Shown: positions 7,963-17,285, numbered from the stretch's first letter. The stretch is DNA of 32,000 bases from Vulcanisaeta distributa DSM 14429 (GCF_000148385.1 NC_014537.1:1740001-1772000), one strand, 5' to 3'. Made by a program: numbers and translations. Notes: a model not told the origin generated them from the sequence alone.

Positions 7963-8730
7963 TATTAAAAGTACGAAGCTCAATAAAACGCTTAAAATCA
8001 TCATTGCAAAAATTACGTACGTATTAACATTAATATTAAATTCCCTCCTTATCATTCTCACGAATATCATAATCACTACTGATATTATTACCTGTATCGA
8101 GATTATGAAGGTAATATTCCAATGAATCCCAAGGTATTGAAGCGACTTCGCTACCGCGGGTATCGCGAAAAGAAGAACGTAATAACTAAGCATTGCTGTT
8201 CTTAAACCCCTACTCAATGCACTAATTACTACCTTATCACTTGCGTATCTAAGCGCTAATACGTACCTGGCAAGGCTCGCTTCACTCATTGAGAGATTAC
8301 CCTGTAATTCCCTGGATAGTAGAGAATCGAGGATATCACCGCTAGCATCATATAAAGACCTAAGTAGATAGATCCACCTACGTGAATCATCAGCCCCAAG
8401 AACGCTCATAATCAACGACCCATCACCACTTAATAATTCGCTAATGAAACCATCCCTAGCATTCATGGAATTCAGCAACTCATTATTGAGTCTCCCCTTA
8501 AACCTAAGGAATAATCTCCTAATAATGAGGGTCATGAATGTTACAAAGATTGGTATGAGAAGTGAGAGGTATGGGTTTACCAACGTGGAGAATATGAATA
8601 GGGCTATGGGGCCTATCGATGTGATACCAACAATTATTGTTAGGGACTTATCAAGTGAATCGATTATTTCCTGAGCCCTTGCCCTGGCGCTGCCCAGTAA
8701 GTATTCATTTAGGCTCATTGCCACCACCAT
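7951..8730 (-). CDS. polytopic membrane protein, candidate single-repeat GspF/TadB/TadC-like platform protein
   Basis: The 259-aa product has 2 TM helices, then about 110 aa of soluble helical sequence, then 3 TM helices. Its start overlaps the upstream secretion-ATPase gene by 26 nt. The family call rests on topology and gene context only. Confidence 0.5.
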   Translation of the reverse strand: MVVAMSLNEYLLGSARARAQEIIDSLDKSLTIIVGITSIGPIALFIFSTLVNPYLSLLIPIFVTFMTLIIRRLFLRFKGRLNNELLNSMNARDGFISELLSGDGSLIMSVLGADDSRRWIYLLRSLYDASGDILDSLLSRELQGNLSMSEASLARYVLALRYASDKVVISALSRGLRTAMLSYYVLLFAIPAVAKSLQYLGIHWNITFIISIQVIISVVIMIFVRMIRREFNINVNTYVIFAMMILSVLLSFVLLILIK

Positions 8731-10282
8731 TACTCAATAATTTGTTTAATTGAATTGAATACTCAACATAGTCGTCATTAATAACGCGGTTCAACCTCGT
8801 TATTACACTAACTACGGCACTGACTTCCTGCTGTCCTGGATTGAAGCTCTTCGGATAAGTAATGGACTTAACCCTACGTACCGAACCAACCCTTTCCATG
8901 GATACCAACACGAATTTACTAAGGTCGATTAATTCACTTAATGAGAAGGCCCTTAACCTATTCATCAGCGCCTCACTACTATCTGCATGTGTAGTGCCTA
9001 ATACCTGGAGACCTGCATTAACACCGTGAATTAAAGCCTCGAAATGGTCCCTATCCCTCAATTCACCAATGATTAATACACCATAACCCCTATGTAGTGA
9101 CTTAAGTACCTCCTCAGTCTTGCCAATTATTGACTTAATTTTAATACTTGGTGTCGGTAGTTCCAGGGATTCATCCGTCTCATCAATGTAGATCCTCCTC
9201 AAGTTCAGAGGTAGCGCCATATCCAGTGCATTTAATAGTGTTGTTTTGCCGCTTGATGGTGGACCCATTATTAAGATGCTAAACCCATTGCGTAATGCCA
9301 CGATTAATTTACCTGCTTCTTCAGTACTTATCGAGCCTGAATTTATTAATTCATTAATTGTGAACGGCTTTTTATGAAGCCTAACATGCACGGACAAACC
9401 CTCAACCAAGGGCCACCTATCCACAGAAATTCTAAGTCTCTTGTTACTTATCATAATCGAGAACTTACCACTTGGGTTGTCCACAGAAACCCTAACACCA
9501 CTTATGTTCGCAATCTTAAGAAACTGCTTCGCAATTGCTTGAGCGTCAGCATTAACAACCCTGCAGATACCATGCTTGCTGTGGTTAATGTATATGGAGT
9601 CCTGGGTTATGAATATATCCTCAACCTCCTGATCCAGGATTACCGGCGCTAAGTCACCCAAGCCTAAACTAGCTAATACTAATGATGACCTAAGCATGGG
9701 ATCTTTAATGAATAGGGATAGGAATTTCTCCCTCGATAATAGCAACGATGATAGGGAATACTCATTATTAGGAACAACCCTACTCACTAATTCAATTAGG
9801 TAATCTAAATAATCATTGCTGACCTTATGAAGTTCCACCGTGCATTCGCTATCCTTGATTATGAGATTGAAAGATAGGGCAATGGATTTATTAATCATTG
9901 ATTTAGCATTATCAACTACTAATGAGAAATCGTCCATTGTAATGACAGAGCCCTCCTTAAGCAATTCTATTCTTAAATGAGACTTAACACTACCCTTAAT
10001 TAGTAAGTTAAGGAGTCTATTTATGAACTCCTTATTATCGCCTGACTTACGTATGGCATTAAGCAGAGATCTTAAATTTGCCAGCTCGCAGGTACTTAAT
10101 GCTTCGATTGCGTCAACATCAACCCTACCCTCCATGGCCATGTTTGAAAGATTCCTCGTGAAATCGCACTTACCAATTAATGGGCATTTAATGCAGTTCA
10201 GGACTTGATGAGAGATCACTAATCTAGTCAATAGTGATTCCTTGCCATCAGTTATGCTTAGTGAGGATGTGAGGATTCTCAT
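8705..10282 (-). CDS. FlaI/VirB11/GspE-family secretion or pilus-assembly ATPase
   Basis: Contains Walker A IMGPPSSGKTTLLNAL, the acidic box RRIYIDETDE, and LIIGELRD followed by the His-box LQVLGTTHA. At 525 aa it is the size of archaeal FlaI-like ATPases. The N-terminal region has a CIKCPLIGKC cysteine cluster. Confidence 0.8.
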   Translation of the reverse strand: MRILTSSLSITDGKESLLTRLVISHQVLNCIKCPLIGKCDFTRNLSNMAMEGRVDVDAIEALSTCELANLRSLLNAIRKSGDNKEFINRLLNLLIKGSVKSHLRIELLKEGSVITMDDFSLVVDNAKSMINKSIALSFNLIIKDSECTVELHKVSNDYLDYLIELVSRVVPNNEYSLSSLLLSREKFLSLFIKDPMLRSSLVLASLGLGDLAPVILDQEVEDIFITQDSIYINHSKHGICRVVNADAQAIAKQFLKIANISGVRVSVDNPSGKFSIMISNKRLRISVDRWPLVEGLSVHVRLHKKPFTINELINSGSISTEEAGKLIVALRNGFSILIMGPPSSGKTTLLNALDMALPLNLRRIYIDETDESLELPTPSIKIKSIIGKTEEVLKSLHRGYGVLIIGELRDRDHFEALIHGVNAGLQVLGTTHADSSEALMNRLRAFSLSELIDLSKFVLVSMERVGSVRRVKSITYPKSFNPGQQEVSAVVSVITRLNRVINDDYVEYSIQLNKLLSNGGGNEPK

Positions 10283-10309
10283 GATTTCACCAATTATGAA
10301 GAATGCATT

Positions 10310-11137
10310 CTAATTAGGGCATAACTTACGTGCGTAATCCCTCAGGGTATATGGGCTAACCTGTACGGCCTTAGCCACATCCTCAACCCTAAACCTATGA
10401 CCAAGCCTCTTACTCACGCAATAAATAATGGCAGCGGCAAGTATAGGTGGGCTTCTTGACTGAATAATGGATTTCTTCAATGAGTTCAGGAATTTTTCAG
10501 CCTCAGGGTAGATCGTGACCCAGGAATCACCAAATAATTTAATAAGTCCTGACTTTATATGCGATAAAATCCTATCCTTCAGGCTATACCTGACTCCAAC
10601 AATGGCTAGGGAATCCCTTATCGCTTCAAAGGTTAGTTTATGGCCATTTGACCTACACGTGTTTATCACTTGCTTAGTACTTATGGGCAGGTTATGTGAT
10701 AATATCACATGTAGTATTGCGGCAATTGCTGCCTCGTAATATGTTGCCGATGAAAGATCCTTATTTGCCAGGATCTTCTTAAAAATGAGCTTAGCCTCCT
10801 CAATATACTCATCACTAATGCCGAAGGTTCTTGCTATGAACAACATACAGTCATAAGCCCTATACATTGAATAACTCTCACGTCTTACCCTGAACAACTC
10901 ATTTATCGCCCTCAACCTCCTATAGACACTAAGTTTCACCTCGCCACTTTTTCTCACGCTCTTCTCAATGGATTTCCATATTGGTGTTAAGTCAATCTCT
11001 TCTCCATCTATTAAGGGTGATGATTGTGTATACGTATCGTAAACGTACACAGAACCAGCCACAGTGCCGCAATCCATACATACATATTGTCCATCCCTCT
11101 CAATTATTCTTGAACTTCCACAGTAGGGGCATTGCAT
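10310..11137 (-). CDS. tfb: divergent transcription factor B (TFIIB-like) paralogue
   Basis: Has an N-terminal zinc ribbon (CPYCG-x14-CMDCG) and two cyclin-like repeats. The second repeat ends in a typical TFB block: SRSPPILAAAIIYCVSKRLG...VEDVAKAVQVSPYTLRDYARKL. It is short (275 aa), and the region between ribbon and core is unlike canonical TFB. Confidence 0.7.
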   Translation of the reverse strand: MQCPYCGSSRIIERDGQYVCMDCGTVAGSVYVYDTYTQSSPLIDGEEIDLTPIWKSIEKSVRKSGEVKLSVYRRLRAINELFRVRRESYSMYRAYDCMLFIARTFGISDEYIEEAKLIFKKILANKDLSSATYYEAAIAAILHVILSHNLPISTKQVINTCRSNGHKLTFEAIRDSLAIVGVRYSLKDRILSHIKSGLIKLFGDSWVTIYPEAEKFLNSLKKSIIQSRSPPILAAAIIYCVSKRLGHRFRVEDVAKAVQVSPYTLRDYARKLCPN

Positions 11138-11245
11138 GGCGTAGTGATTTCCATTCTCGTTATTAATAAGTCCAGTGCTTATATGCTAAATAGCTCAGGA
11201 TTATTAAACTCCGGTGGGGTGTGAGAGTTTACTGAAACTTTTAGC

Positions 11246-11596
11246 CTACTTTAACACCTTCAAACCAATATAGACCTTCTCGCCAACCTTAACATCATTT
11301 TTAAAATTATTAACGTCCATTATCAAGCCCCCTATCGATATCTTAATAATGTTTCCACCCACGTAATATACAACACCATTCATGTAGACATCCCAATTCG
11401 AGGCATAGTTTGGGTCCTTTTCATTACTAATACTAACCTTAACGTTATCTCCCTGCTTAATATCAACACCAATGACATCCCTCGGATATTCAAGGGCTAG
11501 GGATACGCCAGACTCACTACTCATTTCAAGCCTTACAATGCCCTTATAATCCGTACCCTTAACATTCATTACCCTGAAATCACCACTTAACTGCAT
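11246..11596 (-). CDS. rpo8: probable RNA polymerase subunit Rpo8 (RpoG, Rpb8-like)
   Basis: A 116-aa, all-beta-looking protein. Its C-terminal pattern YMNGVVYYVGGN...IKISIGGLIMDV resembles the Rpb8/Rpo8 signature (Y.GkVy......vS.GGLLM). It sits among information-processing genes. The call is by memory of the motif only. Confidence 0.5.
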   Translation of the reverse strand: MQLSGDFRVMNVKGTDYKGIVRLEMSSESGVSLALEYPRDVIGVDIKQGDNVKVSISNEKDPNYASNWDVYMNGVVYYVGGNIIKISIGGLIMDVNNFKNDVKVGEKVYIGLKVLK

Positions 11597-11653
11597 CGTT
11601 CTACGGTAAGGAAAAATACTAAAAAAGCTTATCTTATGTAATCCTGATTAATT

Positions 11654-12076
11654 ATGTCGTTACTCGCTGATGCAGCCAGGAGGTTTAATGCGGAATTACT
11701 TAACATGGTTAATAAGGAGGTTAGGGTGACCACGAGCACGGGCACGACATATCAGGGAATGCTCGTCGGCATTGACAGCTCGTTAAATATAATGCTTGTG
11801 GATGCCGTCAACAATAAGAATGAGAGGTTCTCACGGGTCTTAATAATGAGCCACGCCATAGTAGATATAGTGCTTGTCCAGGAGTTTGTGGATCTTAGGG
11901 AGTTCGCTAGATATATAGATAAGTATTTCCCCGGCATGGTTAAGTACATTGAGGAGGCAAACGTGGTTCAGGTTGGTAATGTTAAGGTGACCACAGCCGG
12001 TGTTGAGGGTTCAGGACCATTGGCTAAGCGTGTTAAGGAGTTATTTGATGAGTTTATGTCTAAACGAAGGGCCTAA
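11654..12076 (+). CDS. Sm-like (LSm) archaeal protein with an extra C-terminal domain (SmAP3-like layout)
   Basis: Sm1/Sm2 pattern: VNKEVRVTTSTGTTYQGMLVGIDSSLNIMLVDA...RVLIMSHAIVDIVL. A further roughly 60 aa follow it. Confidence 0.7.
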   Translation: MSLLADAARRFNAELLNMVNKEVRVTTSTGTTYQGMLVGIDSSLNIMLVDAVNNKNERFSRVLIMSHAIVDIVLVQEFVDLREFARYIDKYFPGMVKYIEEANVVQVGNVKVTTAGVEGSGPLAKRVKELFDEFMSKRRA

Positions 12077-12150
12077 TTAATGGGTATGAGCGTAAAATCA
12101 CGTGATGAATATATTTTTAGAGTGATTCTATCCTTTGTAGTAGTCCCTGA

Positions 12151-13797
12151 ATGTCCTTTGAAATACTTGATAAGGATTTGGCAGGGAGGATTGGTAGGTT
12201 GAGGACTAGGTCCGGCGTTATCGAGACCCCAGCCCTATTCCCAGTGATAAATCCCGTGAAGCAGGTGGTGCCGTTAAGCGATATTGCGGACATAGGCTTC
12301 AACCAGGTAATAACCAATGCTTACCTACTCAAGAGACACTATGGCGACTTAGTTAGGGAGGTTGGCGTGCATAAACTTCTTAATTGGGATAAACCCATTA
12401 TGACTGATTCAGGCGCATACCAATTACTCATGTATGGTAGGGTTGAGGTATCACCAGACGAAATTCTCAAGTACGAGATTGACATAGGCACAGACATAGG
12501 CGTTATACTCGACATACCAACCCAATGGGGTAGGCCTAAGGAGGCCGTGGTTCTTGAGGTTGAGGAGACCCTAAGGAGAGCCAGGGCAGCCCTTACGAAG
12601 GCTAGGATATGGGACCCCGAACATAGGATGCTGATAGTGGGTCCGGTACAGGGCGGTGATAAGCTCGACATACTCAGCTACTCAGCTACTAAAATGAGTG
12701 AACTAAACTTTGATATCTATGCCATTGGAAGCCCAACAACACTCCTTGAGGAGTATGAATTCTCAACAATAATGAGGATGATAGCAGTGGTGAAGGAGAA
12801 ATTACCGCCAGGCAAGCCCGTGCACCTCTTCGGGGCTGGGCACCCGTTGATACTGCCCTTTGCCGTTGCCATGGGCATTGACCTATTTGACTCGGCCAGT
12901 TACGTGCTTTATGCCCGTGATGATAGGCTAATCCTCAGGGACAGGACTGTGAGACTTAGTGAGGTTAAGGTTGATAAGATACCCTGTAATTGCCCCGTGT
13001 GTAGGAAGTACACGGTTAAGGAGTTAATGAGCATGAATAAGGCTGAGCGTGAGAGGTTATTGGCGATTCACAACCTATATGTGCTTTGGGAGGAGATTCA
13101 GGAAATTAAGGCTAGGATTAAGGAGGGAACCCTTTGGGAGTACCTCGAGGAAAAGGCTGGTGGTGATGCAAGGGTTAAGTCGGCATTATTGGCCCTGAGG
13201 AGGGGGTTAAGGGCTTTATTAAAGGTAATACCAGACGAGTCAGGACGTGTTAGGGCATTGCACATAACATCTGTGGAATCACTACATAGACCTGAGGTCA
13301 TTAGGCATGTTGAGAGGCTCCTTAATAATTATGAGCCGCCCCAAGGATGCGTGGTCATGGTATTACCGGGTGAGCTCCTTGATAGGCCATACATAAGGGA
13401 TTCACTAGTTTACTGGCTAATAGACCAATTATCAACTAGTAACCTACTTGGTAAGGTTCATGTGGTGATAAACAACCCAGTCCTGGGTCCAATACCCTAT
13501 GAAATAAGTGAGATATATCCATTATCACAACATGAGTACCCAGAACCAACCCCAAACCACATGCGCTCACTATCTCATTACCTACTGCGTAAATACCTAT
13601 CGAAACTACGGAATAGGGGGTTCACGGACATAATAATCATAGTGAAGGAAAGCCGTGGAAAAATAATGAACGAGTTAGTAAACCTGGGCTTTAGAGGTGT
13701 GACGGTACTCGAGGCTGGATCAAGGCAGGAATTATACTCATTAATGCCCTGGGTCATTAAGGAGGTAAGCGGTATTCAATGTGGCAATCAGATGTAG
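12151..13797 (+). CDS. tgtA: archaeosine tRNA-guanine transglycosylase (ArcTGT)
   Basis: Shows the N-terminal motif GRIGRLRTRSGVIETPALFPVINP, catalytic segments MTDSGAYQ and LFGAGHP...GIDLFDSASY, and the zinc site CNCPVCRKY...IHN. Confidence 0.9.
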   Translation: MSFEILDKDLAGRIGRLRTRSGVIETPALFPVINPVKQVVPLSDIADIGFNQVITNAYLLKRHYGDLVREVGVHKLLNWDKPIMTDSGAYQLLMYGRVEVSPDEILKYEIDIGTDIGVILDIPTQWGRPKEAVVLEVEETLRRARAALTKARIWDPEHRMLIVGPVQGGDKLDILSYSATKMSELNFDIYAIGSPTTLLEEYEFSTIMRMIAVVKEKLPPGKPVHLFGAGHPLILPFAVAMGIDLFDSASYVLYARDDRLILRDRTVRLSEVKVDKIPCNCPVCRKYTVKELMSMNKAERERLLAIHNLYVLWEEIQEIKARIKEGTLWEYLEEKAGGDARVKSALLALRRGLRALLKVIPDESGRVRALHITSVESLHRPEVIRHVERLLNNYEPPQGCVVMVLPGELLDRPYIRDSLVYWLIDQLSTSNLLGKVHVVINNPVLGPIPYEISEIYPLSQHEYPEPTPNHMRSLSHYLLRKYLSKLRNRGFTDIIIIVKESRGKIMNELVNLGFRGVTVLEAGSRQELYSLMPWVIKEVSGIQCGNQM

Positions 13798-14492
13798 TGG
13801 GGAGGGCCTTCCCTACGCTTCATACTCTCCTGTAACTCCTTAATCTCCCTATCAATCATGTCAGCTAGCTCTTTCAGCCTACTGACGTCAACTTCAACGC
13901 CGGTTAATTCCTTTAGGAACTGAATGGCAACAATAGCCGCATTAGGATCTGCACGGAACGGCTCGGCATATGGTAATATGGAGATCGCCGGTATGCCCAA
14001 CCTCTCAAACTCATTCATTAACAAAGCCAGTGGCCCCACCATTGCGTAATTAAGCTCCATAAGCTTAACCCCACCCAGGGAATGCCTATTCCTGTACTCC
14101 GTGGTTACGGCAACCCTTAACTGATCCGAATCTTCACCCCTCAACCTATTATCAAGCCCACCAAATAATATGGCCTCCTTAAAACCGTTAATATACACCC
14201 AACGGGCGAGTGTCCTAACCACATCATGGGCATACTTAGTCATGAAATCACCATCCCAATGAATTATGGAAATTGTAAAGTCAGTACCTGGGCAGTAATA
14301 AATCTCGCCAGGTGTTGAGAGTATATTCGTACTAATGATGTATGCACTCAATGGCGGTTCCCTGGGCATCTCTATAAACCCAACTCTACGGCAGTTAAGG
14401 GCGTTTGATAGGTGTTGGACGACTAAGTAACCAACCATGCCTATACCTGCGAATCCCGTTAGGAAGTATATGGGCCTCAGTATTGGTTCCAT
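13788..14492 (-). CDS. PAC2-family protein (PbaA/PbaB-type proteasome assembly chaperone, COG1938)
   Basis: Has the N-terminal FLTGFAGIGMVGYLVVQHL motif and a C-terminal coiled segment ending in ...GPPHYI. The ORF track starts at 14636, which overlaps the divergent eS17 start and adds an atypical hydrophobic leader. The ATG at 14492 (MEPILRP) gives a family-typical N-terminus and leaves a 115-nt divergent promoter region. Confidence 0.65.
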   Translation of the reverse strand: MEPILRPIYFLTGFAGIGMVGYLVVQHLSNALNCRRVGFIEMPREPPLSAYIISTNILSTPGEIYYCPGTDFTISIIHWDGDFMTKYAHDVVRTLARWVYINGFKEAILFGGLDNRLRGEDSDQLRVAVTTEYRNRHSLGGVKLMELNYAMVGPLALLMNEFERLGIPAISILPYAEPFRADPNAAIVAIQFLKELTGVEVDVSRLKELADMIDREIKELQESMKRREGPPHYI

Positions 14493-14607
14493 TACATTAA
14501 TCCTTACATTGCTCACGGCAATAATAATGCCTAAACCAGTTATTAAAAGCATTAGCATTACGTACATAACATAAGATTTTAAAGGGGGTTTAGAATACGG
14601 CTTATCA

Positions 14608-14838
14608 ATGGGACGAGTAAGACCAAGGTATATCAAGAGCCTTGCCAGGAGATTGCTTGAGGTTTACCCAGATAGGTTTAGTGATGATTTTGAGACGAAT
14701 AAGAAGGTGGTTGCTGAGTTGGCGGATATACCGAGTAAGACAGTTCGCAATAGGGTTGCTGGCGAGATAACGAGGATGATAAAGAGAATGAAGGCTAGTG
14801 CTGAGGAGAAACCCGAGGTTGAGCTGGAAGGGCAATAA
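14608..14838 (+). CDS. rps17e: ribosomal protein eS17 (S17e)
   Basis: [35 protein letters not shown] is the canonical eS17 N-terminus. The product is 76 aa. Confidence 0.9.
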   Translation: MGRVRPRYIKSLARRLLEVYPDRFSDDFETNKKVVAELADIPSKTVRNRVAGEITRMIKRMKASAEEKPEVELEGQ

Positions 14839-14841
14839 AGG

Positions 14842-14849
14842 TTTATTAA
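14842..14849 (+). promoter_or_regulatory. TATA-like box of the hsp20 gene
   Basis: The sequence tttattaa is centred about 27 nt upstream of the ATG at 14873. Confidence 0.4.
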
Positions 14850-14872
14850 GACCATACTATCTTTGTTCTTGT

Positions 14873-15412
14873 ATGTCGTGGTTCGAGGATATTGATAATT
14901 GGTTCAAGAGGATCCAGAAGTACTTTGAGGAGCTTGAGCGTGAGATGGAGGAAGAAATGGAGAGGATGATGAGAGGTGTCACGCCAGAGGAGGAGAAGCG
15001 TGGGGGCAGGGCGAGGCCTAAGTACTATTACTATGGCTTTGAAATATCCATAGGCCCGGATGGTAAGCCGAGGATTAAGGAGTTCGGTAATGTTAGGCCT
15101 AGGGGCGAGAGACCGATTATTGAGGAGGATATTGAGCCGTTGACCGACGTTATTGAGGAGGAGGACTCAATAAAGGTTATAATGGATATGCCGGGTGTTG
15201 ATAAGGATAAGATAAGTATTAGGGTTACTGAGGATGGTAGGAAATTAATCATAAGTGCCAGGGACAGTGACAGGAAGTATTACAAGGAGGTTGACCTGCC
15301 TGCCGAGGTTGATCCAAGCCAGTCAAAGGCTACGTATAGGAATGGGGTATTAACTGTGGAGTTGAAGAAGAAGAGCACCAGGAAGAGTGGGTTCGAAATT
15401 AAGGTTGAGTAA
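14873..15412 (+). CDS. hsp20: small heat shock protein (Hsp20/alpha-crystallin family)
   Basis: Contains an alpha-crystallin domain ([19 protein letters not shown]...[32 protein letters not shown]). The ORF-track start at 14798 overlaps eS17. The ATG at 14873 (MSWFEDID) has a correctly spaced TATA box. Confidence 0.85.
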   Translation: MSWFEDIDNWFKRIQKYFEELEREMEEEMERMMRGVTPEEEKRGGRARPKYYYYGFEISIGPDGKPRIKEFGNVRPRGERPIIEEDIEPLTDVIEEEDSIKVIMDMPGVDKDKISIRVTEDGRKLIISARDSDRKYYKEVDLPAEVDPSQSKATYRNGVLTVELKKKSTRKSGFEIKVE

Positions 15413-15456
15413 TCTCTCTTAGTAAATCCTTAAAACTTAAATTTCCGGACTACGTT

Positions 15457-17211
15457 GTGCCATTTGGTGGTGAGGGTGACCAACCTGGAAATGCTAGGAG
15501 AAGGTGGGTCATAGGCTCTGCGTGGCCGTACATCTACGCAGTACCTCACTTAGGTAATTTAATTGGTTCCGTATTATCCGCCGACGTCTTCACTAGATAC
15601 CTCAGGCTCAGGGGGGATGACGTTGTTTTTGTGTCGGGCTCTGATGAGCATGGTACACCAATTGAGGTTGAGGCGTTGCAGTTGGGTGTGAAGCCGAGGG
15701 AATTGACCGATAGGATGCACGAGATTGTGAAGAGGCTGTTCGAATTATGGGAGATTAGTTTCGATAATTACACGAGGACTGAGTCACCAGTGCATAGGGA
15801 GTTCGTTAAGGAGTTCTTCCTGAAGCTTTACAGGAATGGCTATGTATTCACTAGGGAGGATGAAGTGCCCTACTGCCCGAAGGACAGGATTTACCTGCCT
15901 GACAGGTTTATAATTGGCACATGCCCATATTGTGGTTATGATAAGGCCCGCGGTGATCAATGTGAGAATTGTGGTAGGTTACTCGAACCGAGGCTCTTGA
16001 TAAACCCGAGGTGCGCAATATGCGGTTCTAAGCCCATTTGGGTTAAGACCAGGCATTGGTATTTGGACTTAACGAAGCTTGAGGATAGGGTTAGGAAGTA
16101 CGTGGAGGGGAATACCGCGTTACCTGAGAATGCCAAGCAGATGAGCCTTGGGATGCTTAAGGAGGGTTTGAGGCCGAGGGCTATCACTAGGGATAATAAG
16201 TGGGGTATTGAGGCTCCATTTCCAGGTGCTGATAATAAGACGATATACGTGTGGTTTGAGGCGGTGCTTGGCTACATATCGGCGACTATTGAGTACTTCA
16301 GGGGTAAGGGTAATGAGGATGAGTGGAAGAGGTATTGGTTTGATCCGAATACGCGGGTCGTATTCTTCGTGGGTAAGGACAACATACCATTCCACGTAAT
16401 ACTACTACCCGCAATGCTCATAGCCTCTGGGGACCCATATGTAATGCCCTACACCACCGCATCAACTGAGTACTTACTATTTGAGGGTAAGAAGTTCTCC
16501 AAGAGCCAGAGGATTGGCATTTGGATTGATGAGGCATTGGCGCTAATGCCAGTTGATTATTGGAGATTCGTATTAATTTACCAGAGACCCGAGGGCAGGG
16601 ATACGAGCTTCGCATGGCACCAGGCACTTGAGGTCATAAACTCCATATTGAATGACGTAATCGGCAACTTCATACATAGGGTACTCACATTCATAAGCAC
16701 CAGGTTCAATGGCGAGGTACCAAGTGGCTCGCTTAGGGATGTCGATGTTAAGTATAGGGATGAGGCCCTTAGTCACTTCAGGAGTTCTGAGGAGCATTAC
16801 GAGAAAATCGAGCTTAAGGACGCGTTAATGGAGGTCGTGGAGATCGCCAGGGTTGGTAATAGGTACTTGAATGAGAGACAGCCCTGGGAATTAATAAAGA
16901 GTAATAGAGATGAGGCGGGCGCCGTCATACTCAACGCCCTACACATGGTTAAGGCCCTATCAATTGGTCTATGGCCTGTAATGCCTAGGTCAATGGAGGA
17001 CCTGTGGTCGATGGCTGGTTTCGGTAAATTAACGTGGAGTGACGCCTACGAACCACCGAGACCGGGCACCAGGGTCAGTAATGTGAGGCCTCTTTTCAGG
17101 AAGATTAGTTATGATGAGTTTAAGGCAATGATGAGGAGACTGGATGAGATAAGGGATTCGAAGGATAAGGGCAGGTACCCATGGGAGCAGGTATACCTTC
17201 CCAACCAGTGA
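15457..17211 (+). CDS. metG: methionyl-tRNA synthetase
   Basis: Has the HIGH-type motif PHLGNLIGS, a KMSKS-type motif KFSKSQ, and the zinc knuckle insertion [18 protein letters not shown]. The start is GTG. No C-terminal Trbp111-like domain is visible. Confidence 0.95.
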   Translation: MPFGGEGDQPGNARRRWVIGSAWPYIYAVPHLGNLIGSVLSADVFTRYLRLRGDDVVFVSGSDEHGTPIEVEALQLGVKPRELTDRMHEIVKRLFELWEISFDNYTRTESPVHREFVKEFFLKLYRNGYVFTREDEVPYCPKDRIYLPDRFIIGTCPYCGYDKARGDQCENCGRLLEPRLLINPRCAICGSKPIWVKTRHWYLDLTKLEDRVRKYVEGNTALPENAKQMSLGMLKEGLRPRAITRDNKWGIEAPFPGADNKTIYVWFEAVLGYISATIEYFRGKGNEDEWKRYWFDPNTRVVFFVGKDNIPFHVILLPAMLIASGDPYVMPYTTASTEYLLFEGKKFSKSQRIGIWIDEALALMPVDYWRFVLIYQRPEGRDTSFAWHQALEVINSILNDVIGNFIHRVLTFISTRFNGEVPSGSLRDVDVKYRDEALSHFRSSEEHYEKIELKDALMEVVEIARVGNRYLNERQPWELIKSNRDEAGAVILNALHMVKALSIGLWPVMPRSMEDLWSMAGFGKLTWSDAYEPPRPGTRVSNVRPLFRKISYDEFKAMMRRLDEIRDSKDKGRYPWEQVYLPNQ

Positions 17212-17285
17212 GGAGGTAATACGTGGGGAATACCTGTGGGGTTTCATGGTAATAAAAATAAGTTGCGGGACTCGCTGATAAGTTA

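Noticed and set aside
7871-8125. 84-aa plus-strand ORF starting with an Arg-rich run (RRRRRRKRARRARAR)
   Set aside because: It is the out-of-frame reading of the Glu/Lys-rich thermosome tail, running on into the antisense of the membrane-protein gene. It has no independent support.
12102-12150. Possible C/D-box sRNA: GTGATGA at 12102 and CTGA at 12147, just upstream of tgtA
   Set aside because: No convincing D' or C' boxes. The spacer before the D box is about 18 nt instead of about 12. No terminal stem is present. The CTGA abuts the tgtA start codon.
15389-15398. T-loop-like GGGTTCGAAA string
   Set aside because: It lies inside the hsp20 coding sequence, and the flanks cannot form a T stem or an acceptor stem.
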